From: Myxococcales bacterium
Lineage (GTDB): Bacteria > Myxococcota > UBA727 > JABDBI01
Length of the DNA stretch: 64,000 nt
Assembly: GCA_023248545.1 (NCBI GenBank)
Contig: JAHFEF010000001.1
Coordinates: 150,329 to 214,328, forward strand
Direction: 5' to 3'
Shown here: piece after piece, positions 18,732 to 29,201 of the stretch
Layout of the letters: each line of letters opens with the position of its first letter
How positions within the stretch are numbered: position 1 is the first letter of the stretch
Program-made: the position numbers and the translations under genes
Notes under the pieces: model-generated
The model's database searches: none
Told to the model about the DNA's origin: nothing
The model's input: only the letters and a program-made list of their open reading frames with translations

Positions 18732-19112
18732 CTAACGTTTTTTGAAAATCAGCGCATCAAACGAGAACTTGCCCGCGCCCAAGAGCCCAATGCAAATAAA
18801 GGCGATCCCAAACAGCGCAGCGGGCTCTCGAACGCTCCAATCTTGGCCCGTATGAATCTTGAAAAATGCCGTGGCCATAACAATGACGATTGGCACGACC
18901 GCGACGCGTGTCAGCGCACCCAATGCCACCAAGAGTCCACAGAAAAATTCGCCAAATACGGCAAATGCCATGCTTAAGACTGGCCCCACCATAAACGGAT
19001 CCGAAAAATCAGGCGATTTTTCTGAAAAGCTCATGAGTTTGGGTAACCCATGGGCGAGTGCGAGTGAGAGACCGAAAGACAAGCGAAGGAGAAGTTTGGC
19101 AAAGTCTGTCAT
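18732..19112 (-). CDS. DoxX-family membrane protein
   Basis: 126 aa, 4 TM helices, DoxX-like composition. Confidence 0.5.
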   Translation of the reverse strand: MTDFAKLLLRLSFGLSLALAHGLPKLMSFSEKSPDFSDPFMVGPVLSMAFAVFGEFFCGLLVALGALTRVAVVPIVIVMATAFFKIHTGQDWSVREPAALFGIAFICIGLLGAGKFSFDALIFKKR

Positions 19113-19129
19113 GGCATGTTGCTAACATG

Positions 19130-20389
19130 GAATTTATGTCAGATAAAGTATTTATGTTGACCAGGCCTCTTCGAATTGGCTCCCCGGCGATTCCATTTTT
19201 ATTGCTTCTCTTATCTGTCGCAGTTTGGACTGAGATGGACCTGTTTGTGCCGAGTTTGCCCGAGGTCATGCGGTATTTTTCGACAACGGAGCAGGTGATT
19301 CAGTGGACGTTTAGTTTTAATTTTTTTGGATTTTTTGTTTCGAGTTTATTTTGTGGGGCTCTTTCTGACGCTTTGGGTCGACGGGTGGTGTTATTGGCTG
19401 GCACGGCTTTGTTTGTGTTGGGATCGTTTTTTACAGTGGGTGCGACCCAAATCGAATTTTTCTTGTTGGGTCGTCTCATTCAAGGCATCGGCGTGAGTGC
19501 GCCGGCCGTGATTACGATGGCGATCATGGCTGATTTATATGAAGGCGTCACCTTTGTTCGGTGGACGTCGCTGATGAATAGCATGATCACGACCACCATG
19601 GCTTTGGCACCGATGGTCGGTGCGTATTTGACACAGTATTTTGGGTGGCGTTCAAATTTTGCTGTGATTGCAGTTTGCGCGCTGATTGGCTTTATTTTGG
19701 TTTTTTTGTTTGTTCCTGAAACGTTGCCACAACACAAACGAAAGCCATTTCATGCACGATTGCTTGTTGCGAATTACAAGCGTTTATTGATGAGCAAAAG
19801 ATTTATGAACCCGATGATGGGTATGTGTTTTTTGATTACGCCTTATTTTATTTTTATGGGTGTTGTATCGCTGCTCTTTATCAATGAGTTAAAGCTTCCC
19901 ATGCACGAATATGTTTATTATCAAGGTTCTATCGTGGCTGTTTTTGCGGTGGGTAGTTTGATGCTATCGATCTGGGGGGCAAAGCTAGACTTAAGTGGGT
20001 TGATGAAGAAGGGAATTCTAGCCTGCTTAGTGTCCGCTACTGGTTTGGTGATCCACGGCTTATTTTTAGCAGACAGTGCATTGAGTTTAACAGGGTTGAT
20101 GGCTCTTTTTGCGGCAGGCTGCGTGGTGCCCTGTATGGTTTTGTATATGCGTGCCGTGAGTGTTTACCCCGAATTGCAGGGCAGTTCGAGCGCTTTGTTT
20201 CAGAGCATTCGCATGTTCATGTTGGCGGCCGGGACGGCGATTGCGGGTTCGGCTTATAACGGTTTCTATGCACCGATTGGTATGATGACAGGCGTGAGCG
20301 TGCTGATGGCGGTGATTTTGGTCCTACCTATTTTGAAAGAGAAAACCGATGGCAAAGAATTATCAGGATTGGCTCAAGCAGGTCACTAG
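19130..20389 (+). CDS. MFS transporter
   Basis: 12 TM helices with GRRVVLL-type MFS loop motifs. Start chosen after the divergent DoxX gene. Confidence 0.75.
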   Translation, partial: EFMSDKVFMLTRPLRIGSPAIPFLLLLLSVAVWTEMDLFVPSLPEVMRYFSTTEQVIQWTFSFNFFGFFVSSLFCGALSDALGRRVVLLAGTALFVLGSFFTVGATQIEFFLLGRLIQGIGVSAPAVITMAIMADLYEGVTFVRWTSLMNSMITTTMALAPMVGAYLTQYFGWRSNFAVIAVCALIGFILVFLFVPETLPQHKRKPFHARLLVANYKRLLMSKRFMNPMMGMCFLITPYFIFMGVVSLLFINELKLPMHEYVYYQGSIVAVFAVGSLMLSIWGAKLDLSGLMKKGILACLVSATGLVIHGLFLADSALSLTGLMALFAAGCVVPCMVLYMRAVSVYPELQGSSSALFQSIRMFMLAAGTAIAGSAYNGFYAPIGMMTGVSVLMAVILVLPILKEKTDGKELSGLAQAGH

Positions 20390-21338
20390 TCCTGCATTGC
20401 CACCGGTTATCGCTATGGGTGGTGAAGAACGGGCATTTGTGGACGAGGCGTTGGCTGAAATCAAAAAGCGCGTTTTGAATTCAGGACTGGTTGATTTTAA
20501 CTTAGATATTTTGTCGGCCAAGTCCAGTTCGATCGAGGCCATTTTATCAGCCGCCAAAGCGTTGCCTGTGATGGCTTCGCATAGACTGGTCTTGGTGACT
20601 GAATCTGAGTCGGTCAAAGTTGACGATTTGACGACGATCGAGCAAACGCTCAAAACGCCGAACCCGAGTACCGTCTTGGTGTTTGTGTTTGACCAAGTAG
20701 ACACGCGGCTCAAGTTCCAGAAATTGCTTGATGCTCAGGCTGTATTTTATAAGTTTGATCATCCCAAAGAACGCGAAATGCTTGGACTAATCAAATCTCG
20801 TGGCAAATTACGGGGCCTCAAAATCGATGATGAAGCAGCTTTGAGTTTGTTCTTAGAAATCGGCAATAGCTTATTAATGCTGGATCGGGCGTTTGAAAAG
20901 TTAGAGCTCAGTTCAGAAGGACAGCCCATCACGACGCAGCAAATCAGCGAACAAGTGGCCCAGACGGCGTTTCAAGATGCATTTGTACTCGCTCGCGCTG
21001 TCGTGCTGAAAGATCGGGTTCAAGTGGCCAAGAGTTTGTGTGAGCTCAAAAAAGCGCAAGAAATTCCTCTGAGACTGCTCGGTGTGCTGGCGTGGCAGTT
21101 TCGGGTGGTTTTAAAAGCACGGTTGATGCTCGATGACCGGCGCAGCGGGTCTGAAATTGGCAGCAAGTTAAACTTATTTGGCGATAGACTGGATTTCGTG
21201 ATGCGAGCGGCGCGCCTGTTAGACACGGCAGGCCAGATTGGCAGGCTGAAAGCTTTGTTGGAGTTAGACAGAGCCTTGAAGAGCTCGAGGGTGCCTGCTT
21301 GGCTTAATTTTGATCGGGCGGTGCTGGAGTTGGTTTAG
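20349..21338 (+). CDS. holA: DNA polymerase III subunit delta
   Basis: 329 aa with holA-like size and helical architecture. Assignment by similarity only. Confidence 0.55.
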   Translation: MAKNYQDWLKQVTSPALPPVIAMGGEERAFVDEALAEIKKRVLNSGLVDFNLDILSAKSSSIEAILSAAKALPVMASHRLVLVTESESVKVDDLTTIEQTLKTPNPSTVLVFVFDQVDTRLKFQKLLDAQAVFYKFDHPKEREMLGLIKSRGKLRGLKIDDEAALSLFLEIGNSLLMLDRAFEKLELSSEGQPITTQQISEQVAQTAFQDAFVLARAVVLKDRVQVAKSLCELKKAQEIPLRLLGVLAWQFRVVLKARLMLDDRRSGSEIGSKLNLFGDRLDFVMRAARLLDTAGQIGRLKALLELDRALKSSRVPAWLNFDRAVLELV

Positions 21339-21431
21339 GCTAGAGCTGATTATTTTTGCTCTGTTTCTTTCTGACGTTGATGCTGCAGCTTGTTGGTGAA
21401 CGAATCAATCATCAAATCAATCATCAAATCC

Positions 21432-21460
21432 TTGACACAGGCCTATAAATTTGGTATATA
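21432..21460 (+). promoter_or_regulatory. near-consensus sigma70 promoter upstream of the BrnA-like gene
   Basis: TTGACA (21432-21437), 17-bp spacer, TATATA (21455-21460). Preceded by a tandem 12-mer (caatcatcaaat x2, 21406-21429). RBS AGGAGG at 21523. Confidence 0.5.
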
Positions 21461-21532
21461 CTGTAAATGGAGTTCGTCCGGTCTATCGAATTATCAGTGC
21501 GCGCCCAGCAAGTCGTCGAGAAAGGAGGTTAT

Positions 21533-21802
21533 ATGCCGAAAACAGAGGAATTCCCATTTGAACGAGCACGTTCGATTACCGAGAAAGAAGTAACAACTGC
21601 TCGCAAAGCAATTGAAAAGAAACTTGGAGTAAAAAGAACGCCAAGAGGTCGCCGTCCAAAGGGGGATGCAAAATTTAGGCCTATCTCTATTAGGCTGCAT
21701 CCAAAAATTCTTGAATGGGCCAAAAAAGAAGCCAAACGGCTTGGCACAGGCTATCAAACAGTAATCAATAGCATACTCTTAAAAAGAGCCATGCAGAGTT
21801 GA
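21533..21802 (+). CDS. BrnA-like (CopG/RHH) antitoxin-family protein, orphan
   Basis: C-terminus YQTVINSILLKRAMQS matches the BrnA family. RBS AGGAGG at 21523. No BrnT-like partner nearby. Confidence 0.5.
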   Translation: MPKTEEFPFERARSITEKEVTTARKAIEKKLGVKRTPRGRRPKGDAKFRPISIRLHPKILEWAKKEAKRLGTGYQTVINSILLKRAMQS

Positions 21803-21870
21803 AGGCCTGTTTAAGTTCGAAAGCGAGCTTTTTTCACGTGTGGTCATACGAATACGGCCACTTTTTCAAG

Positions 21871-21910
21871 CAATACGGCCATTTTTTCGGAATTTATGGC
21901 CGTATTGTTT
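21871..21910. terminator. 12-bp perfect-stem hairpin between convergent genes (likely bidirectional terminator)
   Basis: caatacggccat-(13 nt loop)-atggccgtattg followed by TTT. A third partial copy (gaatacggccac) lies at 21850. Confidence 0.5.
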
Positions 21911-21938
21911 CCATCTGAATCGTTAGAACCTGGATCCT

Positions 21939-23057
21939 CTAGGCACTCAACTCTGCCAGAAAGTTTGCTGCTGGGCAAACTCGAATTCCGGCATTGTTAA
22001 CGTAGTCTTTCTTGCCTTCGGCGTAGAGTTGATAGGCTTTTGCTTCGGGAAATTTGGCCTTTAAGTAGGCCAGCGGTGGTTCAACGTCTACATCGCTCCA
22101 CTTGCATTCAATGAGATAAATTGGTTTTCTATTTTCTAAAACCACAAAGTCTACTTCCCGGCCATCAATATCCCTGAAATAACGCAGCTCCAAATCACGG
22201 GCAGAGCAATCCTGTTCAAAATGAACCCACTTAAGCAGGTGACAGGCAACCAAATTCTCAAACCGAAATGACGGGGTGGAGACTAATGTCCAATCCATCT
22301 GATAATGTTTTTGTTCTTTCTTCACAGCTCGAATTTTGGGTGCCCCCAACGGAGGAATCCGAAAAATTGAATACAAGCGTTCTAAAATGGCGACCCAACG
22401 CGAAATAGTCTTATGCGAAATCTGCAAATCTTCTCGAAGGGCATTGATCGACAAGGGCGAACCAACGATCTCTGGCAATCGCATTGAGAGCAACTCCAGC
22501 GAGCCAATATCTTGAACCCTTTCAATCGGCGTTAAGTCCTCCTGAATTAATCTGGATCGATATTCCCTGGACCATCGTTTGGCGGCAATTTCACTGCCTC
22601 CCAAAAATGGCTCTGGAAATCCACCCAGCCTCAGCAAATCCATGAGCGTTTTTTGCGACGAAGATTTTAATTCAGCCAATGACAGCGGATGTAATCGAAG
22701 ATAGTGATATCGCCCTTGAAGAGAATCACCAGAAAATCGATAATAATCGAGACGGGCGCTTCCTGTGACCAAAATCTGCTGTGCTTCTGATTTGTCGTCG
22801 TAAAGACCTTTCAGCAGATTGCGCCATAAACGATATTTATGGAGTTCATCGAGAACCCAAAGTGGTCCAACAGGCCATTCGCCTTTCAAAATGCGTTGTC
22901 TTTGGGCGGGGATGTCCCAGTTCAAGTAACCTCCGCCTGCTGCTTTTAGGAGTTCTTTGGCTAGGGTTGTCTTTCCAACCTGCCGCGGGCCGCCCACAAA
23001 AACCATCTTTTTTATCAGGTCGGATTGAATCTGGTTCGTTAAATAGCGTTCTTTCAT
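21939..23057 (-). CDS. AAA+ ATPase with C-terminal DUF4143-like PD-(D/E)xK domain (paralog of 3240..4484)
   Basis: Walker A GGPRQVGKTT. C-terminal REVDFVV...IYLIECKWSD. Confidence 0.7.
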   Translation of the reverse strand: MKERYLTNQIQSDLIKKMVFVGGPRQVGKTTLAKELLKAAGGGYLNWDIPAQRQRILKGEWPVGPLWVLDELHKYRLWRNLLKGLYDDKSEAQQILVTGSARLDYYRFSGDSLQGRYHYLRLHPLSLAELKSSSQKTLMDLLRLGGFPEPFLGGSEIAAKRWSREYRSRLIQEDLTPIERVQDIGSLELLSMRLPEIVGSPLSINALREDLQISHKTISRWVAILERLYSIFRIPPLGAPKIRAVKKEQKHYQMDWTLVSTPSFRFENLVACHLLKWVHFEQDCSARDLELRYFRDIDGREVDFVVLENRKPIYLIECKWSDVDVEPPLAYLKAKFPEAKAYQLYAEGKKDYVNNAGIRVCPAANFLAELSA

Positions 23058-23126
23058 AGAGTTAGCATATGGTTTTTTTTGACTGATGTCAAATAAACTC
23101 GCGTGTATTTTTGACTTTGGTCTAAA

Positions 23127-25352
23127 TTACTCGCTCAAATAATTGAGCGCCGACCCGGCCTTAAACCACTTGATCTGGTCATCAGAGAGCGTGTGTTTGC
23201 ACATAATCGGCTCTTTGCCAGAGATGAGTACTTGCACGGGTTTTCCGGGAGCCAAATGCGCCAAATCTAGGACGCTGAGGGTATCTTTCTCGCCGATTTT
23301 GTCATAGTCGGCTGGATTGGAAAAAGTCAGTGGCAAGACGCCATGTTTTTTAAGATTGCTTTCATGAATGCGAGCGAAACTGCGGGCAATAATTACTTTG
23401 CAACCGAGGTGTCTAGGTTGCATGGCAGCATGTTCACGGCTGGAACCTTCCCCGAAATTCTCATCCCCAACCACACACCAATCTGTATGGCTGTCTTTGT
23501 AGCGCCGTGCTTGCTCCGGGAAGCTGCCTTGATAGCCTTTGCCGGCTTCGCCGGTGTAAGCATTGATGGCACCCATATAGGTGTTGCCAGAAATTTTGTC
23601 CAAGTGGCCCCGATATTGTAGCCAAGGACCGGCTTGAGAAATATGGTCTGTTGTGCACTTGCCCTTGGCCTTGAGTAAAATCGGCAGGTTCAGAAAATCG
23701 TGGCCACCCCAAGCCGGGAAGGGTTCTAACAAAGCGAGTCTCTTAGAATCAGGAGCGATTTTGACTTCGAGGGTCGAGTTATCTGAGACTGGCTCGACAA
23801 AGCCAGCGCGATCTATTTTGAAGCCTTGTGCAGGCAAAGCATCTGAGGCTGGGACCGGAAGGCCCAAATCTTTTGTTGGGTCGCCATCGAGGGTACCAGA
23901 GAGTGCATAAGCCACGGTGACTTCGGGGCTGGCTAAGAAAGACAGCGTGGCTGAACTGCCATCGTTTCGCCCGGGGAAGTTTCTGTTGTAAGAGCTGATA
24001 ATCGAGTTGACCTGGCCCTTTTTCATGTCTGTACGGCGCCATTGGCCGATGCACGGGCCGCAGGCATTCGCGAGCAAGATACCCCCGATGGCTTCGAGAG
24101 CTTTGAGCTGGCCATCTCGCTCGACGGTGGCATAGACGGTTTCGCTGCCAGGGGTAATATAAAACGGGATTTTGGCTTTGAGGCCAGCTTTGAGCGCTGC
24201 TTGGGCAATAGACGCTGCGCGCCCAATGTCTTCGTAGGAGCTATTCGTGCAGCTGCCAATCAAAGCCGCACTGGGGATGGCTGGATAGTGCTCGGTCTGG
24301 ATCGCTTTGCGAAGCTCCGAAATCGGCCTCGACAAATCCGGCGTATGGGGTCCGACGACATGGGGTTCCAATGTGTTTAAGTCGATATGAATCACGCGGT
24401 CATAAAATTTTTCGGGGTTGGCTAAGACTTCAGGGTCAGCTTGTAAATGCTCGCGTTCAGCTTCGGCACGTTCGGCAATATGGGCCCGGGCAGTGGCTTT
24501 AAGATAAGCTGCCATGGTGTTGTCATAGGGAAACACAGACGTCGTTGCGCCGTGTTCAGCACCCATATTGGTAATGGTTCCTTTGCCGGTGGCCGAGATG
24601 CTTTCGCAGCCGGGGCCAAAGAACTCGACGATATGACCCGTGCCTCCTTTGACGGTCAGAATGCCCATGAGCTTCAAGATCACGTCTTTGGGCGACGTCC
24701 AACCCGAAAGTTTGCCTGTGAGTTTGACGCCAATGATACCCGGCCAGTTCAAACTAAAAGGCTGACCGGTCATGACGTCGACGGCATCAGCGCCGCCCAC
24801 CCCGATGGCAATCATGCCCAAGCCACCGGCATTGGGGGTGTGCGAGTCTGTGCCAAGCATCATGCCACCGGGGAACGCGTAATTTTCGAGAACCACCTGG
24901 TGAATAATCCCTGAGCCGGGCTTCCAGAAACCCATGCCGTATTTTTGACTCGCCGTTCTCAAAAAGTCATAGACTTCTCGGTTGGTGACCAAGGCTTCTT
25001 TTAAATCAGGATCGGCGCCACGTTGGGCTTCTATCAAGTGGTCACAATGAATGGTTGTCGGAACAGCGGTGGTTCTTTTGCCAGCGGTGATAAATTGCAA
25101 AACGGCCATTTGCGCAGTGGCATCTTGCATGGCGACGCGATCCGGGTAAAAATTAGCGTAAGAGTGTCGGCGTTTCAGCTGGTTTCCATCTTCGTCGCAG
25201 ACTGCCTTCATGTGGCTGACCAAGATTTTTTCTGCGAGGGTGAGAGGACGTCCGAAGTGTTTGCGGCCTTCTGCAATTTTTGTCGCGTTCATAACGCTCT
25301 GTCTAGCAAGCTTAGATGTGAAGTCAAGGTTGTTCGCCCAATTCATGTCCAA
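23127..25352 (-). CDS. acn: aconitate hydratase (mitochondrial-type)
   Basis: 741 aa. RPLTLAEKIL, DRVAMQDATAQMA, TIHCDHLIEAQ, GSCTNSSYEDI. Confidence 0.9.
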   Translation of the reverse strand: MDMNWANNLDFTSKLARQSVMNATKIAEGRKHFGRPLTLAEKILVSHMKAVCDEDGNQLKRRHSYANFYPDRVAMQDATAQMAVLQFITAGKRTTAVPTTIHCDHLIEAQRGADPDLKEALVTNREVYDFLRTASQKYGMGFWKPGSGIIHQVVLENYAFPGGMMLGTDSHTPNAGGLGMIAIGVGGADAVDVMTGQPFSLNWPGIIGVKLTGKLSGWTSPKDVILKLMGILTVKGGTGHIVEFFGPGCESISATGKGTITNMGAEHGATTSVFPYDNTMAAYLKATARAHIAERAEAEREHLQADPEVLANPEKFYDRVIHIDLNTLEPHVVGPHTPDLSRPISELRKAIQTEHYPAIPSAALIGSCTNSSYEDIGRAASIAQAALKAGLKAKIPFYITPGSETVYATVERDGQLKALEAIGGILLANACGPCIGQWRRTDMKKGQVNSIISSYNRNFPGRNDGSSATLSFLASPEVTVAYALSGTLDGDPTKDLGLPVPASDALPAQGFKIDRAGFVEPVSDNSTLEVKIAPDSKRLALLEPFPAWGGHDFLNLPILLKAKGKCTTDHISQAGPWLQYRGHLDKISGNTYMGAINAYTGEAGKGYQGSFPEQARRYKDSHTDWCVVGDENFGEGSSREHAAMQPRHLGCKVIIARSFARIHESNLKKHGVLPLTFSNPADYDKIGEKDTLSVLDLAHLAPGKPVQVLISGKEPIMCKHTLSDDQIKWFKAGSALNYLSE

Positions 25353-25379
25353 ATAGGATTTACTGTTGCAATAACGATT

Positions 25380-26267
25380 GTGAATAAAATATTTCAGCGG
25401 GTGCTTGTATTGACCACTTTGTTTTGCGCGCAGGGGCGCGCTGTCGAGGAGTCTCCTGATGCCATTCGAGAACCCGAAGCAGCATCAGTAGCTGCTGGCC
25501 ACTTTTCCAGCATCGGTGGATCGTTCGGGTTGGAAGAATATACCCGCCATTTTGCTCCCAATGAGCCGAATTATTTTCTGGCTGGATGGCTGTCGCCGCA
25601 GGTCAAATTTCAGATTAGTTTTCGGTACATGATTCTCAATCCCACGGGTTCACTGGTCCAGAAACATGCGTGGATGAAGGGATTTAATTTTGGTTTCTCT
25701 CAAACCTCTTGGATGAATATTACGACGCTGGATGATTCTTTTTTTGCAGACAGCAGCTATCGCCCGGAATTATTTTACTATTTTGAAAACTTTCTGCCAA
25801 CGGCTTCACAACCCGTTCAGCAATTGGGGCTTCAAGGTGGCATCGGCCATGAATCGAATGGTTTTAAACAATCTGACCACCGTTCGCTCAATATTTTTTT
25901 CCTGAGGCCTCTATTCACCTTAGGTAGCCAATCGAAGGGTCTTTTCCTGACGGTTGCCCCTAAGTTTTATTATTATTTTGGGCCGATTGCTTTGAATCCG
26001 GATATCGCAAACTATCGAGGCTATTGCGACTTACGAGTGACCTTGGGCCAACGCGATGGCTTGCAACTGGCGGTATTAGGCCGGGTTGGCAGTCATTTTG
26101 ATAAGGGAAGCCTCCAGCTGGATTTGACCTATGCTCTCACCAAGATCTTCGACGGAAACTTCGATGTTTCGCTGGATGTACAATATTTTGTTGGTTATGG
26201 CGACACCATCCAAACGTACAGAGATTTTAGCAGCATGTTACGCTTTGGTGTTGCGCTGGTGCGTTAA
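25380..26267 (+). CDS. pldA: outer-membrane phospholipase A1 (OMPLA-like)
   Basis: Catalytic motif GHESNG...RSLN. Length fits OMPLA if the GTG at 25380 starts a signal peptide (VNKIFQRVLVLTTLFCA). The exact start is uncertain. Confidence 0.6.
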   Translation: MNKIFQRVLVLTTLFCAQGRAVEESPDAIREPEAASVAAGHFSSIGGSFGLEEYTRHFAPNEPNYFLAGWLSPQVKFQISFRYMILNPTGSLVQKHAWMKGFNFGFSQTSWMNITTLDDSFFADSSYRPELFYYFENFLPTASQPVQQLGLQGGIGHESNGFKQSDHRSLNIFFLRPLFTLGSQSKGLFLTVAPKFYYYFGPIALNPDIANYRGYCDLRVTLGQRDGLQLAVLGRVGSHFDKGSLQLDLTYALTKIFDGNFDVSLDVQYFVGYGDTIQTYRDFSSMLRFGVALVR

Positions 26268-26290
26268 AATTTGGTATCGAAGCTGGGTAA

Positions 26291-26332
26291 GCTATAGCCG
26301 TATTGCTTCTTGCGTAATATCCGCGCCTTTGA
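26291..26332. repeat. 42-bp direct repeat, copy A (upstream of the Cys-rich gene pair)
   Basis: ctatRgccgtattgcttcttgcgtaatatccRcgcctttgaa. Matches copy B at 40 of 42 positions. Confidence 0.7.
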
Positions 26333-26378
26333 AAGCGGTTTAATGGGTTGGTTGCTATATACCCAAACGGAGGTAGGA

Positions 26379-29192
26379 ATGGGCTTCGGATACTGTTGTA
26401 AAATCGCGGCTGTTTTGCTCTTTTCTAGCATCGTTTTCACATCGTTTGGTTGCGGGTCTGGCTATGGGACAGATGCCGGTGGTGGGAATCTCGCAGCGGC
26501 CGGTGGAACAACGATGAAGTTCTTTGCTGAACCTAGGTTCGGTGGTGGGGGGCTCAGTGGCAGTATACCCCGTGACAATAGTGTCTCCGCTTTCACCGTT
26601 TCGCAAATCACCAACACAGGTTTGCTTGATACGAGCTTTACTTGCAATCCTCCGATAACTGCGAGCGGGATTTGGAAATGTACTTCGAAGAATCCACTTG
26701 CAGATGGGGCATATTTGATCACCACAAACTCAACAAGCTCATCCCCTCCACAAGCGCATATTCTGATTTTCACTTCGGCCTACCCAACAGCTGGGTCTGC
26801 CACCAACCCGATTAAATTCATTACGTCAGACACTGCTATGACCAATTATTTGCTGGGATCTATCAGTGGCGATGCATTCGCCAGCCTGGTGGACAATTCG
26901 AAGTCTACCGATCCATTTTTTGATGTCTATTCTGCGTTTAGCCTTTTTGATTCAACCGATATATCTGCCTTCCTTACGAGCAATAGCAAATTATTTACTT
27001 TTTCTTCTCCCGCCTGCTCGTCGACCGAATTGTTTCCGTCCAAACCGTGGAGCCCGCACGGGTCTTTGAGTGCGAGCAGCAAAATTGTACAGCAGTTGGA
27101 CAGCGGGCACCCGGATGAGTTGACGACTGCTGTTGGGTTAAACGGAGCCAACAACAGTTGTACTCTGGGGACCATCTTAGATACCCCCATCAGCAAACTG
27201 AGTTATCAGGTCTATGGAGGGGCTTATAACGAGAGTAGCCTAGCCAGTTCCATTGCCTTATGCCAAGATTATTCCCACCCTGATTTCGGTGTCGTTGCTA
27301 CGACGGTCTTGGATGCAGCAACCCAAACCAATCTCGGTTGGTATGCTCTGAGAAAATCTGATTTGCCAGCGTTTGTATTGGGCGAATTTTTAGAGTCCGG
27401 GACCGCCCCCAGTATCCAATTTCAGAAAACCGACGGCATTACGTTTTCACCCGATAACATCGCCAGAAACATGATTTTGTCCGATCAACCCCAACAAACG
27501 TATCTTGCGGCTGTAAACCCCAATAAAGACATTTGGTTGTTTAGCAAATGTAACAACGGACCTGATCTGCAATTGGGCTATACACCTGCTTCGACAACAG
27601 TTTCACTCACTTTGTCAAAAAATGCTCCCATTTTGAGTTCTGGAAAGAGAGGCCATTTGCAGATGCTGGTTGTAAAAATTACGGACGAGAGATTGAGCGA
27701 TCTGAAAACTGCTTGTTTGGACAACCTGACCAACCTCGCCCAGGTGCCAAGTCACTTCTTCTCCCCAGTTTGGCCCCTTCTGGTACAAGGTTCAGATGAT
27801 GGAAGGAAACAGCTGGCTGAGTGGATTGGATCGTCAAGGTGTTTATGCGGGTCCTTGTGGAGCTACCCTTATCAGCAAGATTCGATTGTGGATGGGCGAG
27901 ATGACTTCAATTTTATCGTGCCAGCCATCGTTCCTGGAGCCCAGGTCAGTTTCACGACCAGCAAGAGTGGGTTCAGTGGCACAACACCCTCGGCCAACTC
28001 ATCGGGTGTCGTGGGTTATGGCTCGACTCAGTTCCAAGCAGGGGACGTGGTGACGTTTACAACCGGTGCTATCCCACTTGGCTCCTGCACAATTCCAGCT
28101 TGCGCAGCCAATCAGCCGATCATTTTTGCAGATGGCGTCTGTCAGGCTTGCCCGCTAGGACAGTTTCAACAAGACAACGTGTGTATACCCTGTACGCCGG
28201 GCCCCCAGGATCCGGCCGCCTATCTGCCCGCAAACTCTAACCAGTGTCAGCTATGTCAGACGGGCTATTATGAGGAAAATAACGTCTGTACATTATGTCC
28301 CGCAGCTTCCTATCTGCCTACCGGAACGAGTGTCTGTATACCCTGCGCTCCCGCCCAAATCCAAAAGAACAATCAGTGCGTAAATTGCGGTTCGGGCAAA
28401 TATGAAGAGGACAACGTTTGTAAGCGCTGCCTTGGTGCAACTTATTTGCCTGCAGGTTCAAATTCCTGTCAACCGTGTCCCAGCGAACAATTCCAAGCAG
28501 AAAATGTTTGTCAATATTGTACAGGTCCGAATTACTTGCCCAAAGGCAGCAATACCTGTCAGGCTTGTGGTCCGGCACAGATTCAAAAAAACCACCAATG
28601 TCAGCAGTGTCCCGAGAACCATTATCAAAGCAATAACGTCTGTGTACACTGTCCTGCCGCGCATACCTTGCCCGCAAACTCTAACGAGTGCCAGCCATGT
28701 CAGCTGGGCTATTATTCAAACAACAATGTCTGCACAGAGTGTCAGGGTACCACCTACTTGCCTTCAGGTTCCAATACTTGCATAGCTTGCGGTGGGGCCA
28801 ATATTGTCATTGCCAACACGTGCACACTTTGTCCCCCTAGAAGTGTAGCCTCGGGCCGTTCTACTTGCACTCCCTGTGGTTATGGACAAATTGAAACTAA
28901 CAATGCTTGTACCACCTGCCCCGCGGGCCAAATAGCGACTTCGCTCAACACATGCGCTGCAGGGCAAACCAATGACGGCTGTGGAAAAAACTCGGACTGC
29001 GCGCCTGACTTCACGTGCCCGGCGACAACGAATCAATCCGGTACCTGCGCGGCATGTCCTTCAGCCCAACACCATTTATCGTTTACTCCAAACAAGTGTA
29101 CGACCGGTCTAACGGGTTCTCCTTGTGATATTCAAGAAGACTGCGGTGGGGCCTTAAAATGTCTTAACAGTATTTGCACCAACGGAAATTAG
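26379..29192 (+). CDS. secreted Cys-rich protein with ephrin-receptor/furin-like repeats
   Basis: N-terminal leader (CCKIAAVLLFSSIVFTSFGCGS) homologous to the lectin gene at 6346..7338. About 10 C-terminal repeats of the form CxxCxxxxYLPxGSNxCxxC. Confidence 0.7.
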   Translation: MGFGYCCKIAAVLLFSSIVFTSFGCGSGYGTDAGGGNLAAAGGTTMKFFAEPRFGGGGLSGSIPRDNSVSAFTVSQITNTGLLDTSFTCNPPITASGIWKCTSKNPLADGAYLITTNSTSSSPPQAHILIFTSAYPTAGSATNPIKFITSDTAMTNYLLGSISGDAFASLVDNSKSTDPFFDVYSAFSLFDSTDISAFLTSNSKLFTFSSPACSSTELFPSKPWSPHGSLSASSKIVQQLDSGHPDELTTAVGLNGANNSCTLGTILDTPISKLSYQVYGGAYNESSLASSIALCQDYSHPDFGVVATTVLDAATQTNLGWYALRKSDLPAFVLGEFLESGTAPSIQFQKTDGITFSPDNIARNMILSDQPQQTYLAAVNPNKDIWLFSKCNNGPDLQLGYTPASTTVSLTLSKNAPILSSGKRGHLQMLVVKITDERLSDLKTACLDNLTNLAQVPSHFFSPVWPLLVQGSDDGRKQLAEWIGSSRCLCGSLWSYPYQQDSIVDGRDDFNFIVPAIVPGAQVSFTTSKSGFSGTTPSANSSGVVGYGSTQFQAGDVVTFTTGAIPLGSCTIPACAANQPIIFADGVCQACPLGQFQQDNVCIPCTPGPQDPAAYLPANSNQCQLCQTGYYEENNVCTLCPAASYLPTGTSVCIPCAPAQIQKNNQCVNCGSGKYEEDNVCKRCLGATYLPAGSNSCQPCPSEQFQAENVCQYCTGPNYLPKGSNTCQACGPAQIQKNHQCQQCPENHYQSNNVCVHCPAAHTLPANSNECQPCQLGYYSNNNVCTECQGTTYLPSGSNTCIACGGANIVIANTCTLCPPRSVASGRSTCTPCGYGQIETNNACTTCPAGQIATSLNTCAAGQTNDGCGKNSDCAPDFTCPATTNQSGTCAACPSAQHHLSFTPNKCTTGLTGSPCDIQEDCGGALKCLNSICTNGN

Positions 29193-29201
29193 CGAGGGCT
29201 T

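Noticed and set aside
25023-25379. N-terminal 119 codons of ORF 25023..26267.
   Set aside because: This part overlaps the aconitase gene on the opposite strand. The OMPLA-like protein more plausibly starts at GTG 25380, with a signal peptide.
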